64,000 nt of DNA from Nitrospirota bacterium (GTDB taxonomy: Bacteria > Nitrospirota > Leptospirillia > Leptospirillales > Leptospirillaceae), in NCBI GenBank assembly GCA_021828375.1, contig JAKARS010000001.1:27822-91821 (forward strand). Reading direction: 5' to 3'. Shown one piece after another: positions 48,134-58,496 of this stretch. The position numbers and the translations under genes were made by a program. The notes beneath the pieces were generated by a model. The model had not been told where the DNA came from, did no database searches, and saw only the letters and a program-made list of their open reading frames with translations. The first letter of the stretch is position 1. Each line of letters opens with the position of its first letter.

Positions 48134-48156
48134 CGCCGCCATCACATAGAGGTCAC

Positions 48157-48846
48157 ATGGGACAGAAAGTACATCCAACCGGTTTTCGTCTGGGTTATAT
48201 CAAAACGTGGAATTCTCGCTGGTATGCCAAAAAATCTTATGTGGAGTGGCTCCACGAGGATCTTCAGATCAGGAAGTATATCAAGAAAAAACTTTACCAG
48301 GCAGGAATCTCTCGTATTGATATAGAGCGGACAGGTAAGGATAGCATTACCCGAGTTCTTATACACTCGGCAAAGCCTGGCCTTATTATCGGAAAAAAAG
48401 GTTCAGAGATTGAAAAGCTAAAGTCAGAGTTAGCAAAAACTATAAAATCTGAACTTTCTATATCCATTAAAGAAGTTAAAAAGCCAGAGGTTGATGCACA
48501 GTTAGTTGCAGAGTCTATAGCCTCACAGCTGGAAAAAAGAATTTCCTTTAGACGTGCAATGAAAAAAAGTGTTGCCTCTGCTTTGAGATTTGGGGCACTA
48601 GGTGTAAAAATTTGTTGTGCAGGTCGTCTCGGTGGAGCTGAAATAGCTCGCACTGAATGGTATCGGGAAGGGCGGGTTCCCCTTCAAACTATTCGTGCAG
48701 ATATCGATTTTGGTTTGGCCGAATCTTACACAACATTTGGCAAAATTGGTATAAAAGTTTGGGTATATATGGGGGATCATCTTCCTTCGAATCCAGAGGC
48801 CTCCCTTGACGCCGCCTCAGACAAGAGTAGAAAGGTGAAAGCGTAA
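48157..48846 (+). CDS. rpsC: 30S ribosomal protein S3
   Basis: [13 protein letters not shown]. Confidence 0.97.
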   Translation: MGQKVHPTGFRLGYIKTWNSRWYAKKSYVEWLHEDLQIRKYIKKKLYQAGISRIDIERTGKDSITRVLIHSAKPGLIIGKKGSEIEKLKSELAKTIKSELSISIKEVKKPEVDAQLVAESIASQLEKRISFRRAMKKSVASALRFGALGVKICCAGRLGGAEIARTEWYREGRVPLQTIRADIDFGLAESYTTFGKIGIKVWVYMGDHLPSNPEASLDAASDKSRKVKA

Positions 48847-49256
48847 TGTTGAGTCCTAAGAAAGTAAAACATCGAAAAATGATGAAAGGAAACCTCAAGG
48901 GAAAAGCCTATAGAGGTTCCGAACTGTCTTTTGGAGACTATGGTCTTAAAGCAATTGAGCCTCATTGGCTTACATCCCGCCAAATTGAAGCAGGTCGTAT
49001 AGCCATTACCCGATTTGTAAAGCGAGGCGGAAAAGTTTGGATTAGGGTATTTCCTGATAAACCCATCACTCGTAAACCTGCCGAAACACGTATGGGTTCT
49101 GGTAAAGGGAATCCTGAATTCTGGGTTGCAGTTATTAAACCAGGACGAATTATTTATGAGATGGAAGGCGTTACCCCTGAAGTAGCCGAAGAGGCCTTAC
49201 GTTTGGCATCTTATAAAATGCCCTTTGCCACCAAAATAGTAAAAAGAGAGGAATAA
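48846..49256 (+). CDS. rplP: 50S ribosomal protein L16
   Basis: [15 protein letters not shown]; ATG overlaps the rpsC TAA. Confidence 0.97.
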   Translation: MLSPKKVKHRKMMKGNLKGKAYRGSELSFGDYGLKAIEPHWLTSRQIEAGRIAITRFVKRGGKVWIRVFPDKPITRKPAETRMGSGKGNPEFWVAVIKPGRIIYEMEGVTPEVAEEALRLASYKMPFATKIVKREE

Positions 49257-49258
49257 AA

Positions 49259-49447
49259 ATGAAGGCTGAAGAAATTCGGCAAATGACTGATGAAGAAATA
49301 ACCAAGGCGATTACTGAGAAAAAACGCAAACTTTTGACCTTTCGTATTCAACGAGTTAATGGTCGCCTTGAACATGGTCACCTTGTCAAAGAAGAAAAAA
49401 GGGCAGTTGCACGTCTTAACACCGTTCTGTCCGAAAGGAAAAAGTAG
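49259..49447 (+). CDS. rpmC: 50S ribosomal protein L29
   Basis: 62 aa; L29-like sequence at the expected position. Confidence 0.92.
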   Translation: MKAEEIRQMTDEEITKAITEKKRKLLTFRIQRVNGRLEHGHLVKEEKRAVARLNTVLSERKK

Positions 49448-49714
49448 ATGACAATCCAAAATAACCCAGAGCAGGATGCCATTAAATCTCCCCGACAGCT
49501 TCAAGGTGTTGTTGTTAAAAATAAGATGATGAAGACCGTAGTTGTTGAGATTCGTAGAAAGGTTGTTCATCCTCTTTATAAGAAAGTTGTTACAAAGAAA
49601 AACCGCCTGAAAGCACATACAGAGGAGCAAATTCCTCAAGGAGCCACAGTTCTTATTGCAGAGACACGGCCAATCAGCAAGGATAAACACCATAGGGTTG
49701 TCCGGGTACTTTAA
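49448..49714 (+). CDS. rpsQ: 30S ribosomal protein S17
   Basis: LQGVVVKNKMMKTVVVEI... Confidence 0.95.
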   Translation: MTIQNNPEQDAIKSPRQLQGVVVKNKMMKTVVVEIRRKVVHPLYKKVVTKKNRLKAHTEEQIPQGATVLIAETRPISKDKHHRVVRVL

Positions 49715-49738
49715 TTTTTTTATGATGAGGCTATCTCA

Positions 49739-50107
49739 ATGATACAATTAAGAACGATTCTACAAGTAGCTGATAATTCTGGCGCAAAAAAAGTTATGTG
49801 CTTTCATATTATGGGGGGCTCTAGACGACGTTATGCCCATCTTGGTGATACAATTGTCGTTTCAATCAAAGAAGCTACTCCCAACGCTTCTGTGAAAAAG
49901 GGTGACGTAGCTAAGGCTGTAGTTGTAAGAACAGTCAAGGAAGCTCGGCGTGAAGATGGTTCTTATATCCGATTTGATCAAAATGCGGCAGTTCTAATTA
50001 ATGCCCAAGGTGATCCTATTGGAACACGCATTTTTGGTCCGGTTGCGAGAGAATTAAGAAAAAGAAAGTTCATGAAAATTCTTTCTCTCGCACCAGAAGT
50101 CATTTAA
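49739..50107 (+). CDS. rplN: 50S ribosomal protein L14
   Basis: [18 protein letters not shown]. Confidence 0.97.
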   Translation: MIQLRTILQVADNSGAKKVMCFHIMGGSRRRYAHLGDTIVVSIKEATPNASVKKGDVAKAVVVRTVKEARREDGSYIRFDQNAAVLINAQGDPIGTRIFGPVARELRKRKFMKILSLAPEVI

Positions 50108-50123
50108 CTGAAAAGGAATATTT

Positions 50124-50477
50124 ATGAGAAAAAGAATGCCTTCGCCATTCTCTTTTCCTGCTTTAAAGAAAGATGACAAAGTTATTGTTACTGCAGGGAA
50201 GGACAAAGGAAAAATTGGTAAGATTATCAAAGTAGACCGCCTGTATCATCATGTTTATGTGGAAAATATAAATATGATGAAGAAAGCCATCAAGCCAAAT
50301 CAGACATCTCGTGAGGGCGGCTTTATTACTAAAGAAAATTTTCTGAATGCTTCGAATGTTATGCTGGAATGCCCTCATTGCCACAAACCAACTCGCATTG
50401 CGCACAAATTCTTTGAAAATGGAACAAAATCAAGAATTTGCAAAAAATGCAATGAAGTTATTGACCAGAAGAAGTAG
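50124..50477 (+). CDS. rplX: 50S ribosomal protein L24 (with CxxC...CxxC Zn-ribbon)
   Basis: KOW motif (KKDDKVIVTAGKDKGKIGKI) followed by CPHCHKPTRIAHKFFENGTKSRICKKC. Confidence 0.93.
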   Translation: MRKRMPSPFSFPALKKDDKVIVTAGKDKGKIGKIIKVDRLYHHVYVENINMMKKAIKPNQTSREGGFITKENFLNASNVMLECPHCHKPTRIAHKFFENGTKSRICKKCNEVIDQKK

Positions 50478-50491
50478 CTGAAAGGTAAATA

Positions 50492-51151
50492 ATGGCAGAG
50501 AAAAAAAATGCCGCTCCCGCAAAATCGGGAAAAACGGCTAAGCCCAAGAAAACTGAAAAATCAAAAGAATCTACTTCAACAACCATAGAATCAGTTCGAG
50601 GAGAAGCCCCTGAGCCTCGCCTCAAGAAAAAATATTTTCTTGAGATTCAAAAGTTGTTAATGAATGAGCTAAAACTTTCTAATGTGATGCAAGTTCCTAA
50701 GATTCAGAAGATTACATTGAATGTTGCCTTGGGGGAAGCTATCGGGAATCCAAAGCTTCTTGATATGGCCGCAAAAGAAGTAGGTCTTATTACAGGACAA
50801 AAGCCAGTCTTGACAAAGGCTAGAAAGTCTATTGCCGGATTTAAGCTTAGGGAAGGTATGCCTATTGGTGTTATGGTAACCCTTCGTGGTGACATTATGT
50901 GGGAATTTCTCGATCGTCTAATTTCCATTGCACTTCCTCGTATCCGTGACTTCAAAGGAGTGAATGATCGGTCATTTGATGGAAACGGGAATTACTCACT
51001 TGGTCTAAAAGAACAAATTATTTTTCCTGAGATCAAGTATGATGAAATAACAATGTCGCACGGCTTTGATATTTCTATTGTGACTACTGCGAAGGACAAT
51101 GCCACCGCAAAAGCATTGTTGACACATTTAGGGATGCCTTTCAGAAAATAA
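50492..51151 (+). CDS. rplE: 50S ribosomal protein L5 with a ~40-aa Lys/Ala/Pro-rich N-terminal extension
   Basis: The L5 core starts at [11 protein letters not shown]. The preceding residues are [30 protein letters not shown]..., and no in-frame alternative start lies closer to the core. Confidence 0.9.
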   Translation: MAEKKNAAPAKSGKTAKPKKTEKSKESTSTTIESVRGEAPEPRLKKKYFLEIQKLLMNELKLSNVMQVPKIQKITLNVALGEAIGNPKLLDMAAKEVGLITGQKPVLTKARKSIAGFKLREGMPIGVMVTLRGDIMWEFLDRLISIALPRIRDFKGVNDRSFDGNGNYSLGLKEQIIFPEIKYDEITMSHGFDISIVTTAKDNATAKALLTHLGMPFRK

Positions 51152-51161
51152 GGAAAAAAAT

Positions 51162-51347
51162 ATGGCCAAAATCTCAATGGTTCTCAAGGCTAAAAAAGTA
51201 CAAAAATTTAAGGTGCGTACCTACAATCGTTGTCGTATTTGCGGTCGTCCCCGTGGGTATATGAGAGATTTCGGTATGTGCCGTATCTGTTTTCGCAACC
51301 TCTCACTTAAAGGTGAAATTCCAGGTATTACAAAATCATCCTGGTAA
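51162..51347 (+). CDS. rpsN: 30S ribosomal protein S14 type Z (Zn-binding)
   Basis: 61 aa, [21 protein letters not shown]. Confidence 0.96.
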   Translation: MAKISMVLKAKKVQKFKVRTYNRCRICGRPRGYMRDFGMCRICFRNLSLKGEIPGITKSSW

Positions 51348-51361
51348 ATTTGGAGGAATGA

Positions 51362-51760
51362 ATGTCATTAACAGATCCTATTGCTGATATGTTGACCCGT
51401 ATTAGAAATGCTAATATGCGCGTCTATCAGACAGTTTCTTGTCAACATTCTAATCTTAAAGAAAGTATTTTGAAGGTTATGATGGAAGAAGGACTGATTT
51501 CCTCTTACGAAGTTAAGGAATCGGAAGGAAAAAAGTCCCTTGAGATTCACCTTAGGGTCTCTAAGGAAAGAGTGCCCCTTATTCGTGGCCTCAAGAGAAT
51601 TTCCAAACCTGGACTTCGCATATACCAAAAGGTCAGCAATCATAAATCTCTTATGGGTGGGATAGGGGTAACAATTATCTCGACGTCAAAAGGAGTTATG
51701 ACAGACAGAAAGGCTAAGCAGTTAAATCTTGGCGGGGAAGTTCTCTGTCAAATCTGGTAA
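51362..51760 (+). CDS. rpsH: 30S ribosomal protein S8
   Basis: MSLTDPIADMLTRIRNA. Confidence 0.97.
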   Translation: MSLTDPIADMLTRIRNANMRVYQTVSCQHSNLKESILKVMMEEGLISSYEVKESEGKKSLEIHLRVSKERVPLIRGLKRISKPGLRIYQKVSNHKSLMGGIGVTIISTSKGVMTDRKAKQLNLGGEVLCQIW

Positions 51761-51781
51761 CCTGCTGGAACGGAGTTCATA

Positions 51782-52321
51782 ATGTCACGTATAGGAAAAA
51801 AGCCAATACAGATTCCTAAGGGAGTTACTGTGAAGATTGACAAGCTTACTCTTCACATAAAGGGTCCCCATGGTGAAATGCAGCATACGCTTCCTCATGG
51901 CTTCTTAGTCTCCCAGGAGAATGACCTTATTACAGTTATTCGTCCTTCTGATAACGGAAGAGATAAAGCCCTTCACGGGCTTCATCGTTCGTTAATCAAC
52001 AACATGGTTACGGGCGTAGCCCAACCTTTTAAAAGGGTCCTAGAGATAAGCGGAGTTGGATACAGAGCCCAACTTTCAGGTCAAAATCTTTCTATGACTT
52101 TAGGTTTTACAAAACCAGTAGAAATGACTCTTCCCCCACAGGTTAAGGGAACAGTTGAAAAGCAGACTGTTATTACTCTTACATCCTTCGATAAAGAGTT
52201 GCTTGGTCAATTTTCCTCAGAAATTAAGCAGGCCAAACCTGTTGAACCATATAAAGGTAAAGGCATACGCTTTGAGGGAGAAAAGGTTAGAAGAAAAGAA
52301 GGAAAAACGGGTAAGAAGTAA
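51782..52321 (+). CDS. rplF: 50S ribosomal protein L6
   Basis: MSRIGKKPIQIPKGV. Confidence 0.97.
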   Translation: MSRIGKKPIQIPKGVTVKIDKLTLHIKGPHGEMQHTLPHGFLVSQENDLITVIRPSDNGRDKALHGLHRSLINNMVTGVAQPFKRVLEISGVGYRAQLSGQNLSMTLGFTKPVEMTLPPQVKGTVEKQTVITLTSFDKELLGQFSSEIKQAKPVEPYKGKGIRFEGEKVRRKEGKTGKK

Positions 52322-52342
52322 TTTCTAACTGGGGGAAGAAGT

Positions 52343-52699
52343 ATGAAGCTTACTACGCGTAATGAAAAAAGAATATCGAAGCATGTTCGAGTCAGAAAAA
52401 AAATTAAGGGAAGCCCTGAGCGTCCACGTCTTTCTGTTTATCGAAGCCTGAAGTATATTTATGCTCAGATCATTGATGATACAACTGGTTCTACCCTTGT
52501 TTCTGCTTCCTCTCTAACGATGTCAGATGAGAAGTCTGGTGATACTGTCGATGTGGCTAAAAAGGTTGGTGAGGCTTTAGCAACTGAAGCTAAGAAAAAA
52601 AATATTACATCTGTAGTTTTTGATAGAGGTGGTTATCTCTATCATGGACGTATTAAAGCTCTTGCTGACGGTGCCCGATCCGGAGGTCTTCAGTTTTAA
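52343..52699 (+). CDS. rplR: 50S ribosomal protein L18
   Basis: [18 protein letters not shown]...; [21 protein letters not shown]. Confidence 0.96.
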   Translation: MKLTTRNEKRISKHVRVRKKIKGSPERPRLSVYRSLKYIYAQIIDDTTGSTLVSASSLTMSDEKSGDTVDVAKKVGEALATEAKKKNITSVVFDRGGYLYHGRIKALADGARSGGLQF

Positions 52700-52718
52700 A
52701 CTTTCATAGGAGGTTTGT

Positions 52719-53216
52719 TTGGAACACATCAAGGTAGACCATAGTGCGTTGAAAGACAAGGTGGTTTTTGTCAATCGCGTTTCTAAGGTTGTTAAAGGTG
52801 GAAAACGGTTCTCCTTTTCCGCCCTCGTAGTTGTTGGAAATGGGGCGGGGGTTGTCGGTATGGGAAAGGGAAAGTCTACAGAAGTTCCAGAAGCGATAAA
52901 AAAGGCTATTGAAAATGCCAAAAAGAATTTAATCTCAGTACCTTTGAAGGCTACTACCGTTCCCCATGAAGTTATTGGTCACTTTGGGGCAGAAGATGTG
53001 ATGATTAAACCAGCCGCTGAAGGAACTGGACTTATTGCCGGTGGTGCTGTTCGCGCCGTTATGGAGGTTCTTGGAGCCACTAATGTTTTATGTAAGTCTC
53101 TTGGTTCAAGTAACCCCTATAATGTTGTCAGGGCCACTCTTGAAGGATTGAAGCAATTGCGTAGCTTTAAAGATGCAATGGATGAACGCCGACAAGATGC
53201 TACTACTATAAACTAA
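52719..53216 (+). CDS. rpsE: 30S ribosomal protein S5
   Basis: [28 protein letters not shown] start 5 nt after a TAGGAGG RBS. Confidence 0.95.
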   Translation: MEHIKVDHSALKDKVVFVNRVSKVVKGGKRFSFSALVVVGNGAGVVGMGKGKSTEVPEAIKKAIENAKKNLISVPLKATTVPHEVIGHFGAEDVMIKPAAEGTGLIAGGAVRAVMEVLGATNVLCKSLGSSNPYNVVRATLEGLKQLRSFKDAMDERRQDATTIN

Positions 53217-53229
53217 ATAAGGATTTCAA

Positions 53230-53415
53230 ATGAAAGAATCCAAGATAAAGATTCGCCTTTTAAAGAGTACGATTGGCGTACCCCTAAAGATTAAAAAGGT
53301 AGTTTTTGCGTTAGGTCTTACTCGCCCAAATTCTGTGGTTATACATCCATCCTCACCCTCTATTTTGGGGATGGTAGAAAAGACCAAACATATGATTGAA
53401 GTGACCGAACTTTAG
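53230..53415 (+). CDS. rpmD: 50S ribosomal protein L30
   Basis: 61 aa; L30-like sequence at the expected position. Confidence 0.9.
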   Translation: MKESKIKIRLLKSTIGVPLKIKKVVFALGLTRPNSVVIHPSSPSILGMVEKTKHMIEVTEL

Positions 53416-53426
53416 GGAGAAGTAAA

Positions 53427-53873
53427 ATGAAATTTCATGATTTAAAGCCCACAGATGGGGCTAAACATAGGAAAAAAAGAGTTGGGCGTGGCATTGGTTC
53501 CGGCCATGGTAAAACTTCTACGAAAGGCCACAAAGGTCAAGGAGCCAGATCGGGTGGAACTAAACCTTTGGGATTTGAAGGCGGTCAAACTCCTCTTTTT
53601 CTTAGAATTCCTAAACGTGGATTTACTCCACTAGATGATATAGAAGTTCTTGTGATCAACATTTCAAGACTTGAAGATTATTCATTCCCTGAAAATAAAG
53701 TTACTATCGAAAATCTTCTCGATTTAAATGTTATCAAAGCTCCTAAATCAAAAAAATTTACAGTAAAAATTTTGGGAAATGGGGAACCTTCAAAACCCTA
53801 CGTTATCGATGGAATTTCAATGAGCCGCACTGTAGAGGAAAAAATTCTAAAGGCCGGTGGCGCGATTGTTTGA
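53427..53873 (+). CDS. rplO: 50S ribosomal protein L15
   Basis: [25 protein letters not shown]. Confidence 0.96.
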   Translation: MKFHDLKPTDGAKHRKKRVGRGIGSGHGKTSTKGHKGQGARSGGTKPLGFEGGQTPLFLRIPKRGFTPLDDIEVLVINISRLEDYSFPENKVTIENLLDLNVIKAPKSKKFTVKILGNGEPSKPYVIDGISMSRTVEEKILKAGGAIV

Positions 53874-55179
53874 TAGAATTTTTCGCACGTTTGAAAATAT
53901 TTGGAAAATTCCAGAGCTAAGACAACGTGTAATTTTTACACTTGCGATGCTTACTGTTTATCGCATTGGGGCATACATCCCAACCCCTGGGGTAAATGGT
54001 ACTGAGTTATCAAAGTTCCTCCATCAAAATGGTGGGGCCTTGATCGGTTTTTTTGATATGTTTTCTGGAGGTGCGCTTTCTCGTTTTACTATTTTTGCTT
54101 TGGGAATAATGCCTTATATTTCGGCTTCCATTATTCTTCAACTTTTAACCGTTGTTCACCCTGCTTTGCAAGCTCTTTCTAAGGAAGGTGAGCGAGGCCG
54201 AAAAATTATCACCAAGTACACACGGTATCTCACTGTTTTAATTGCCATGATACAATCGTTTGGCATCGCCCTTGGCTTAGAGAAAATGAATAATGGTCAA
54301 TTTGTTGCCCATCCCGGCTGGGGTTTTCGTCTGATGGTTGTGATCACTTTGACTGCAGCGACTACCTTTGTAATGTGGATTGGGGAACAAATTACGGAAA
54401 GAGGAGTTGGTAACGGTATCAGTCTTATAATTTTTTCCGGTATAGTTGCCCGAATGCCATCCGCTATCTTTTCAACATATAAGCTTTTTCAAGAACAAGA
54501 AATTTCAGGCTTTGTTCTTCTTGCAGTAGTGGCAATGGTTATATCTGTTATTGCCGCCATTGTTTTTATCGAAACAGCGCGAAGAAAAATTCCTGTTGAA
54601 TATGCTAAGCGCTTAGTCTCAAATAGGCTTGTGGCCGGTCAATCTACACATATTCCATTTAAAATCAATACGGCCGGTGTGATTCCTCCTATATTTGCTT
54701 CATCACTTATCTCTTTTCCTGCCACAATTGCAGGCTTTATTTCCGTTCCCTGGGTTCAATCTATAGGAAAATCCTTAGCACCTGGTAGCTTTTCTTACAC
54801 GGTTTTGTATGTACTCCTTATCCTTTTCTTTAGCTTCTTCTACACAGCTGTTGTAATGAATCCAGCTGATATCGCAGAAAATATACAAAAATATGGTGGA
54901 TTTATTCCTGGTATTCGTCCTGGAAAAAATACAGCCACATTTATTTACAACGTTATGAATAGAATTACTTTAGTCGGTGCAATTTATCTTGCCCTCGTCT
55001 GTGTTATTCCAGAAATTCTCATTAATCAACTACATGTTCCATTTTATTTTGGTGGAACATCTCTCTTGATCGTCATTGGTGTTTCACTTGATACATCTCA
55101 ACAAATTGAAGCCTATATGATGTCAAGAAACTACGACGGGTTCCTTAAAAAGAGTCGAATCAGGGGAAGGATAGCCTAA
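53857..55179 (+). CDS. secY: Preprotein translocase subunit SecY
   Basis: 10-TM protein; ELRQRVIFTLAMLTVYRIG, GIMPYISASIILQLL. The start (GTG 53857) is uncertain and overlaps rplO. Confidence 0.95.
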   Translation: MARLFDRIFRTFENIWKIPELRQRVIFTLAMLTVYRIGAYIPTPGVNGTELSKFLHQNGGALIGFFDMFSGGALSRFTIFALGIMPYISASIILQLLTVVHPALQALSKEGERGRKIITKYTRYLTVLIAMIQSFGIALGLEKMNNGQFVAHPGWGFRLMVVITLTAATTFVMWIGEQITERGVGNGISLIIFSGIVARMPSAIFSTYKLFQEQEISGFVLLAVVAMVISVIAAIVFIETARRKIPVEYAKRLVSNRLVAGQSTHIPFKINTAGVIPPIFASSLISFPATIAGFISVPWVQSIGKSLAPGSFSYTVLYVLLILFFSFFYTAVVMNPADIAENIQKYGGFIPGIRPGKNTATFIYNVMNRITLVGAIYLALVCVIPEILINQLHVPFYFGGTSLLIVIGVSLDTSQQIEAYMMSRNYDGFLKKSRIRGRIA

Positions 55180-55182
55180 ATA

Positions 55183-55839
55183 ATGTTTATAGTCTTTATA
55201 GGCCCCCCAGGGGTAGGAAAAGGGACTCAAGCGAATATGCTTGCAGCCAAATACCCAATGGTTAAGATTTCTACAGGAGACCTTCTCCGAGAGGCCATAC
55301 GAGAAAAAACTGTGCTTGGAGAACGTGCAAAAAGCTTTATGGAGCGAGGAGAGCTTGTTCCCGATGGATTAGTCATTGATCTTGTCAACGAAAAGGTCAC
55401 TACCACACCTAAAACAATTAATAGTTTTATTTTTGATGGTTTTCCCCGGACAATTGAACAGGCAAAAGAACTTGATAACCTTTTGGCTACAAAAGGTGTA
55501 AAAATTTCAATGGCTATCGATTTTTCGATGGATGAAGAGGAACGTGTCTCTCGCCTTTCTGGGCGTAGAATGTGTCCAAAGTGTCAACGCACTTATCACA
55601 TTCTTTTTGCCAAACCCAAAAATGACAATTTGTGTGATGTCTGTAAGGTTCCACTAATTCAAAGATCCGATGATGATGAAGCAGTCATTAGACAACGTTC
55701 CTCTGTTTACTGGGATCTTACGCGTCCTCTTTTAGATTTTTACCGTCACCGTAATCTTCTTCAAACGGTTGATGCAAGCAGGAATATAGATTTAGTTTTT
55801 GAAGACTTGGACCATCTTGTTAGCAAAATAAAGTCATGA
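55183..55839 (+). CDS. adk: Adenylate kinase (Zn-binding lid)
   Basis: GPPGVGKGTQ; lid CPKCQRTYH...CDVCKVPL. Confidence 0.96.
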   Translation: MFIVFIGPPGVGKGTQANMLAAKYPMVKISTGDLLREAIREKTVLGERAKSFMERGELVPDGLVIDLVNEKVTTTPKTINSFIFDGFPRTIEQAKELDNLLATKGVKISMAIDFSMDEEERVSRLSGRRMCPKCQRTYHILFAKPKNDNLCDVCKVPLIQRSDDDEAVIRQRSSVYWDLTRPLLDFYRHRNLLQTVDASRNIDLVFEDLDHLVSKIKS

Positions 55840-55840
55840 A

Positions 55841-56593
55841 ATGATTTACATAAAATCTCCTCAAGAAATAGATAAGATTCGAAACGCTGGTCGTATTGTA
55901 GCTAATGCCCTGCAGGAAATAAAAAATATGATTTCCCCGGGGCTTTCTTTGCTAGAAATTGACAAATTTGCTGAGGACTTTCCATTACAGTTTGGGGGCC
56001 GACCAGCCTTCAAAGGTTACCATAATTATCCCGCCTCTATTTGCCTTTCCGTGAATAACGTCGTTGTTCATGGAATTCCTGATTCATATGTGTTAAGATT
56101 GGGAGATATTGTCGGTGTAGATTATGGTGTTGAACTTGATGGCTACTTCGGAGATTCTGCTATTACTGTTTGTGTAGGTGAAGTTTCCCCATCGGCAAAA
56201 CTTCTTGTGGAGACAACAAAAAAGTCCCTTGAACTTGGAATTGCCCAGGCTTTAGCAGGGGGGCGATTGGGCGACATTTCTTCAGCAATTCAATCATATG
56301 CAGAATCCCAAAAATTTTCTGTTGTTCGGAACTATGTGGGACATGGGATTGGTCGAAAGTTACATGAAGATCCTCCTGTTCCGAACTTTGGTCAAAAAGG
56401 AAAAGGGATAAAATTAGAAATAGGGATGGTTCTAGCATTAGAGCCAATGATTAATCTCGGCTCTCATGAGACAATTACCCTTTCGGATGGGTGGACTGCC
56501 GCTACAAAAGATGGCAGTCTTTCTGCCCATTTTGAGCACACTGTTGCAATAACAAAAACTGGTCCAAAAATTCTGACTTTACCAGAAGGTTGA
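55841..56593 (+). CDS. map: Type I methionine aminopeptidase
   Basis: Metal ligands lie in typical contexts (VHGIP, DIVGVDYG, GHGIG, ALEPM, EHTV). Confidence 0.95.
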   Translation: MIYIKSPQEIDKIRNAGRIVANALQEIKNMISPGLSLLEIDKFAEDFPLQFGGRPAFKGYHNYPASICLSVNNVVVHGIPDSYVLRLGDIVGVDYGVELDGYFGDSAITVCVGEVSPSAKLLVETTKKSLELGIAQALAGGRLGDISSAIQSYAESQKFSVVRNYVGHGIGRKLHEDPPVPNFGQKGKGIKLEIGMVLALEPMINLGSHETITLSDGWTAATKDGSLSAHFEHTVAITKTGPKILTLPEG

Positions 56594-56614
56594 TCCTTCG
56601 GAATTGGGGAAATT

Positions 56615-56833
56615 GTGGGGAAAGAGGATACAGTTGAGGTTCAAGGGACAGTTTTGGAGACTCTCCCTAATGCAATGTTCCGTGTGGAGCTGGAAAATGG
56701 ACATAAAGTTCTTGCCCATATTTCCGGAAAAATGCGAATGAATTATATAAAAATTCTTCCTGGTGACAAGGTAACATTAGAGCTTTCCCTTTACGATTTA
56801 ACCCGAGGCCGTATAACTTACCGCTTCAAGTAA
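56615..56833 (+). CDS. infA: Translation initiation factor IF-1
   Basis: [38 protein letters not shown] start. Confidence 0.96.
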   Translation: MGKEDTVEVQGTVLETLPNAMFRVELENGHKVLAHISGKMRMNYIKILPGDKVTLELSLYDLTRGRITYRFK

Positions 56834-56860
56834 GAGAAAAAAATTAACTCGGAGGTAACT

Positions 56861-56974
56861 ATGAAGGTTAGAGCATCGGTCAAGCCAATCTGTTCTAAGT
56901 GCCAGGTTATTAGAAGGAATGGTATTGTTCGAATCAAGTGCGAAAACCCAAAGCACAAACAAAGACAAGGCTAA
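56861..56974 (+). CDS. rpmJ: 50S ribosomal protein L36 (Zn form)
   Basis: Not in the ORF track (37 aa). Translated by hand: [46 protein letters not shown] is present. Confidence 0.92.
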   Translation: MKVRASVKPICSKCQVIRRNGIVRIKCENPKHKQRQG

Positions 56975-56996
56975 TTTTAAGCGAAGGAGTACCTCT

Positions 56997-57371
56997 TTGG
57001 CTCGTATCGTAGGGATTGATCTTCCCAGAAACAAACGTATTGAGATTGCTTTGACTTATATTTTTGGAGTAGGGAAACCGACTTCGCAGCTCATTCTGAA
57101 GAAAGCCGGAGTTAATCCCGATACCCGTGTTCATGCGTTAACAGATGACGAAGTTGCCAAACTTCGTGAGGCTGTCGAAACGACATGCTCCGTTGAAGGA
57201 GATCTTCGCCGTGAGATTTCCCAAAATATCAAACGCAAGATGGACATTGGGTGTTATCAAGGTCTCAGGCATCGCAAAGGCCTTCCGGTTAGAGGACAAA
57301 GAACCAAGACCAATGCCCGTACTCGCAAAGGACCTAAGAAGGGAATCGGAGCCAAGAAAAAGACTGGTTGA
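56997..57371 (+). CDS. rpsM: 30S ribosomal protein S13
   Basis: AAGGAG RBS 7 nt before TTG 56997, giving (M)[25 protein letters not shown]. The longer ORF-track form overlaps rpmJ. Confidence 0.93.
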   Translation: MARIVGIDLPRNKRIEIALTYIFGVGKPTSQLILKKAGVNPDTRVHALTDDEVAKLREAVETTCSVEGDLRREISQNIKRKMDIGCYQGLRHRKGLPVRGQRTKTNARTRKGPKKGIGAKKKTG

Positions 57372-57410
57372 TTCAAATAAACGAAATTCAGGATTAACGA
57401 TGAGGATTGC

Positions 57411-57797
57411 ATGAGCGTAAAAAAGGGAACAAAAAGAAGAGAAAAAAAGAACATTCCAGTCGGTATTGTTCATATTCATGCCTCTTTTAATAATACGATC
57501 ATTTCCATTTCCGACTCAAAAGGTGATGTTATTGCCTGGTCAAGCTCAGGGGCTCAGAGCTTCAAGGGTTCACGAAAAAGTACACCATTTGCCGCTCAGA
57601 AAGCTGCAGAAATCGCCTCAAAAAAAGCCGCAGATATGGGAATGAAGGCCTGTGAAGTTTATGTTAAGGGACCAGGGTCAGGTAGAGAATCTGCAATTAG
57701 AGCACTGCAAACAGTGGGAATAAAAATTAGTTTGATTAAAGATGTTACTCCGATTCCGCATAATGGATGCCGCCCACCAAAACGGCGTAGAGTTTAA
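57411..57797 (+). CDS. rpsK: 30S ribosomal protein S11
   Basis: [19 protein letters not shown]; [20 protein letters not shown]. Confidence 0.97.
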   Translation: MSVKKGTKRREKKNIPVGIVHIHASFNNTIISISDSKGDVIAWSSSGAQSFKGSRKSTPFAAQKAAEIASKKAADMGMKACEVYVKGPGSGRESAIRALQTVGIKISLIKDVTPIPHNGCRPPKRRRV

Positions 57798-57837
57798 TCT
57801 TATTTATAATTGACTGAATTCAGAAAAAGGAGACACG

Positions 57838-58467
57838 TTGGCTCGTTATAATGGCCCGGTTTGTCGGTTTTGCAGAAGAGAAGGCGTTAAGCTTTTCTTA
57901 AAAGGTGCTCGCTGCCTTTCAGCTAAATGTGCAATTGATCGTCGTGCATATCCCCCAGGGGAGCATGGTCAAAGTCGTGCAAAGGCTTCCGAATATGGTC
58001 TGCAGCTTCGTGAAAAGCAAAAAGTGAAAAGAATATATGGAATCCTAGAACGTCAATTCCGAAAAACATTTAAAGTTGCGTCCCGAAAGAAAGGAAATAC
58101 TGGTCAGTCCCTTCTTAGTGCACTGGAAATGCGTCTGGACAGCGTAGTTTATCATATAGGTTGGGGCGCCTCCCGCAATGAATCTCGTATGTTGGTGACT
58201 CATGGTCATGTTCTTGTGAATGGGAAAAAAGTTAATATTCCCTCTTTTTCTTGCAAGATTAATGATACGATCACCCTTTCAACTTCTATGCAACAAAATG
58301 AAAAAGTTTCTGCCAACTTTCGAGACGCTGAGATTAGAGGTGTTGTTTCTCCTTGGTTGGAAGTCGACAAAAATTTATTTAAAGCAATTGTAAAGGATAT
58401 TCCCCAAAGGGATGCGATTAACATCCATATTGCTGAGAACCTTGTCGTTGAACTTTACTCTCGTTAA
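57838..58467 (+). CDS. rpsD: 30S ribosomal protein S4 (Cys4 Zn-finger form)
   Basis: (M)[33 protein letters not shown] start after an AAGGAG RBS. Confidence 0.96.
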   Translation: MARYNGPVCRFCRREGVKLFLKGARCLSAKCAIDRRAYPPGEHGQSRAKASEYGLQLREKQKVKRIYGILERQFRKTFKVASRKKGNTGQSLLSALEMRLDSVVYHIGWGASRNESRMLVTHGHVLVNGKKVNIPSFSCKINDTITLSTSMQQNEKVSANFRDAEIRGVVSPWLEVDKNLFKAIVKDIPQRDAINIHIAENLVVELYSR

Positions 58468-58496
58468 GGTTCGTTTTGGTTAAAGAGGAGAAAAAT

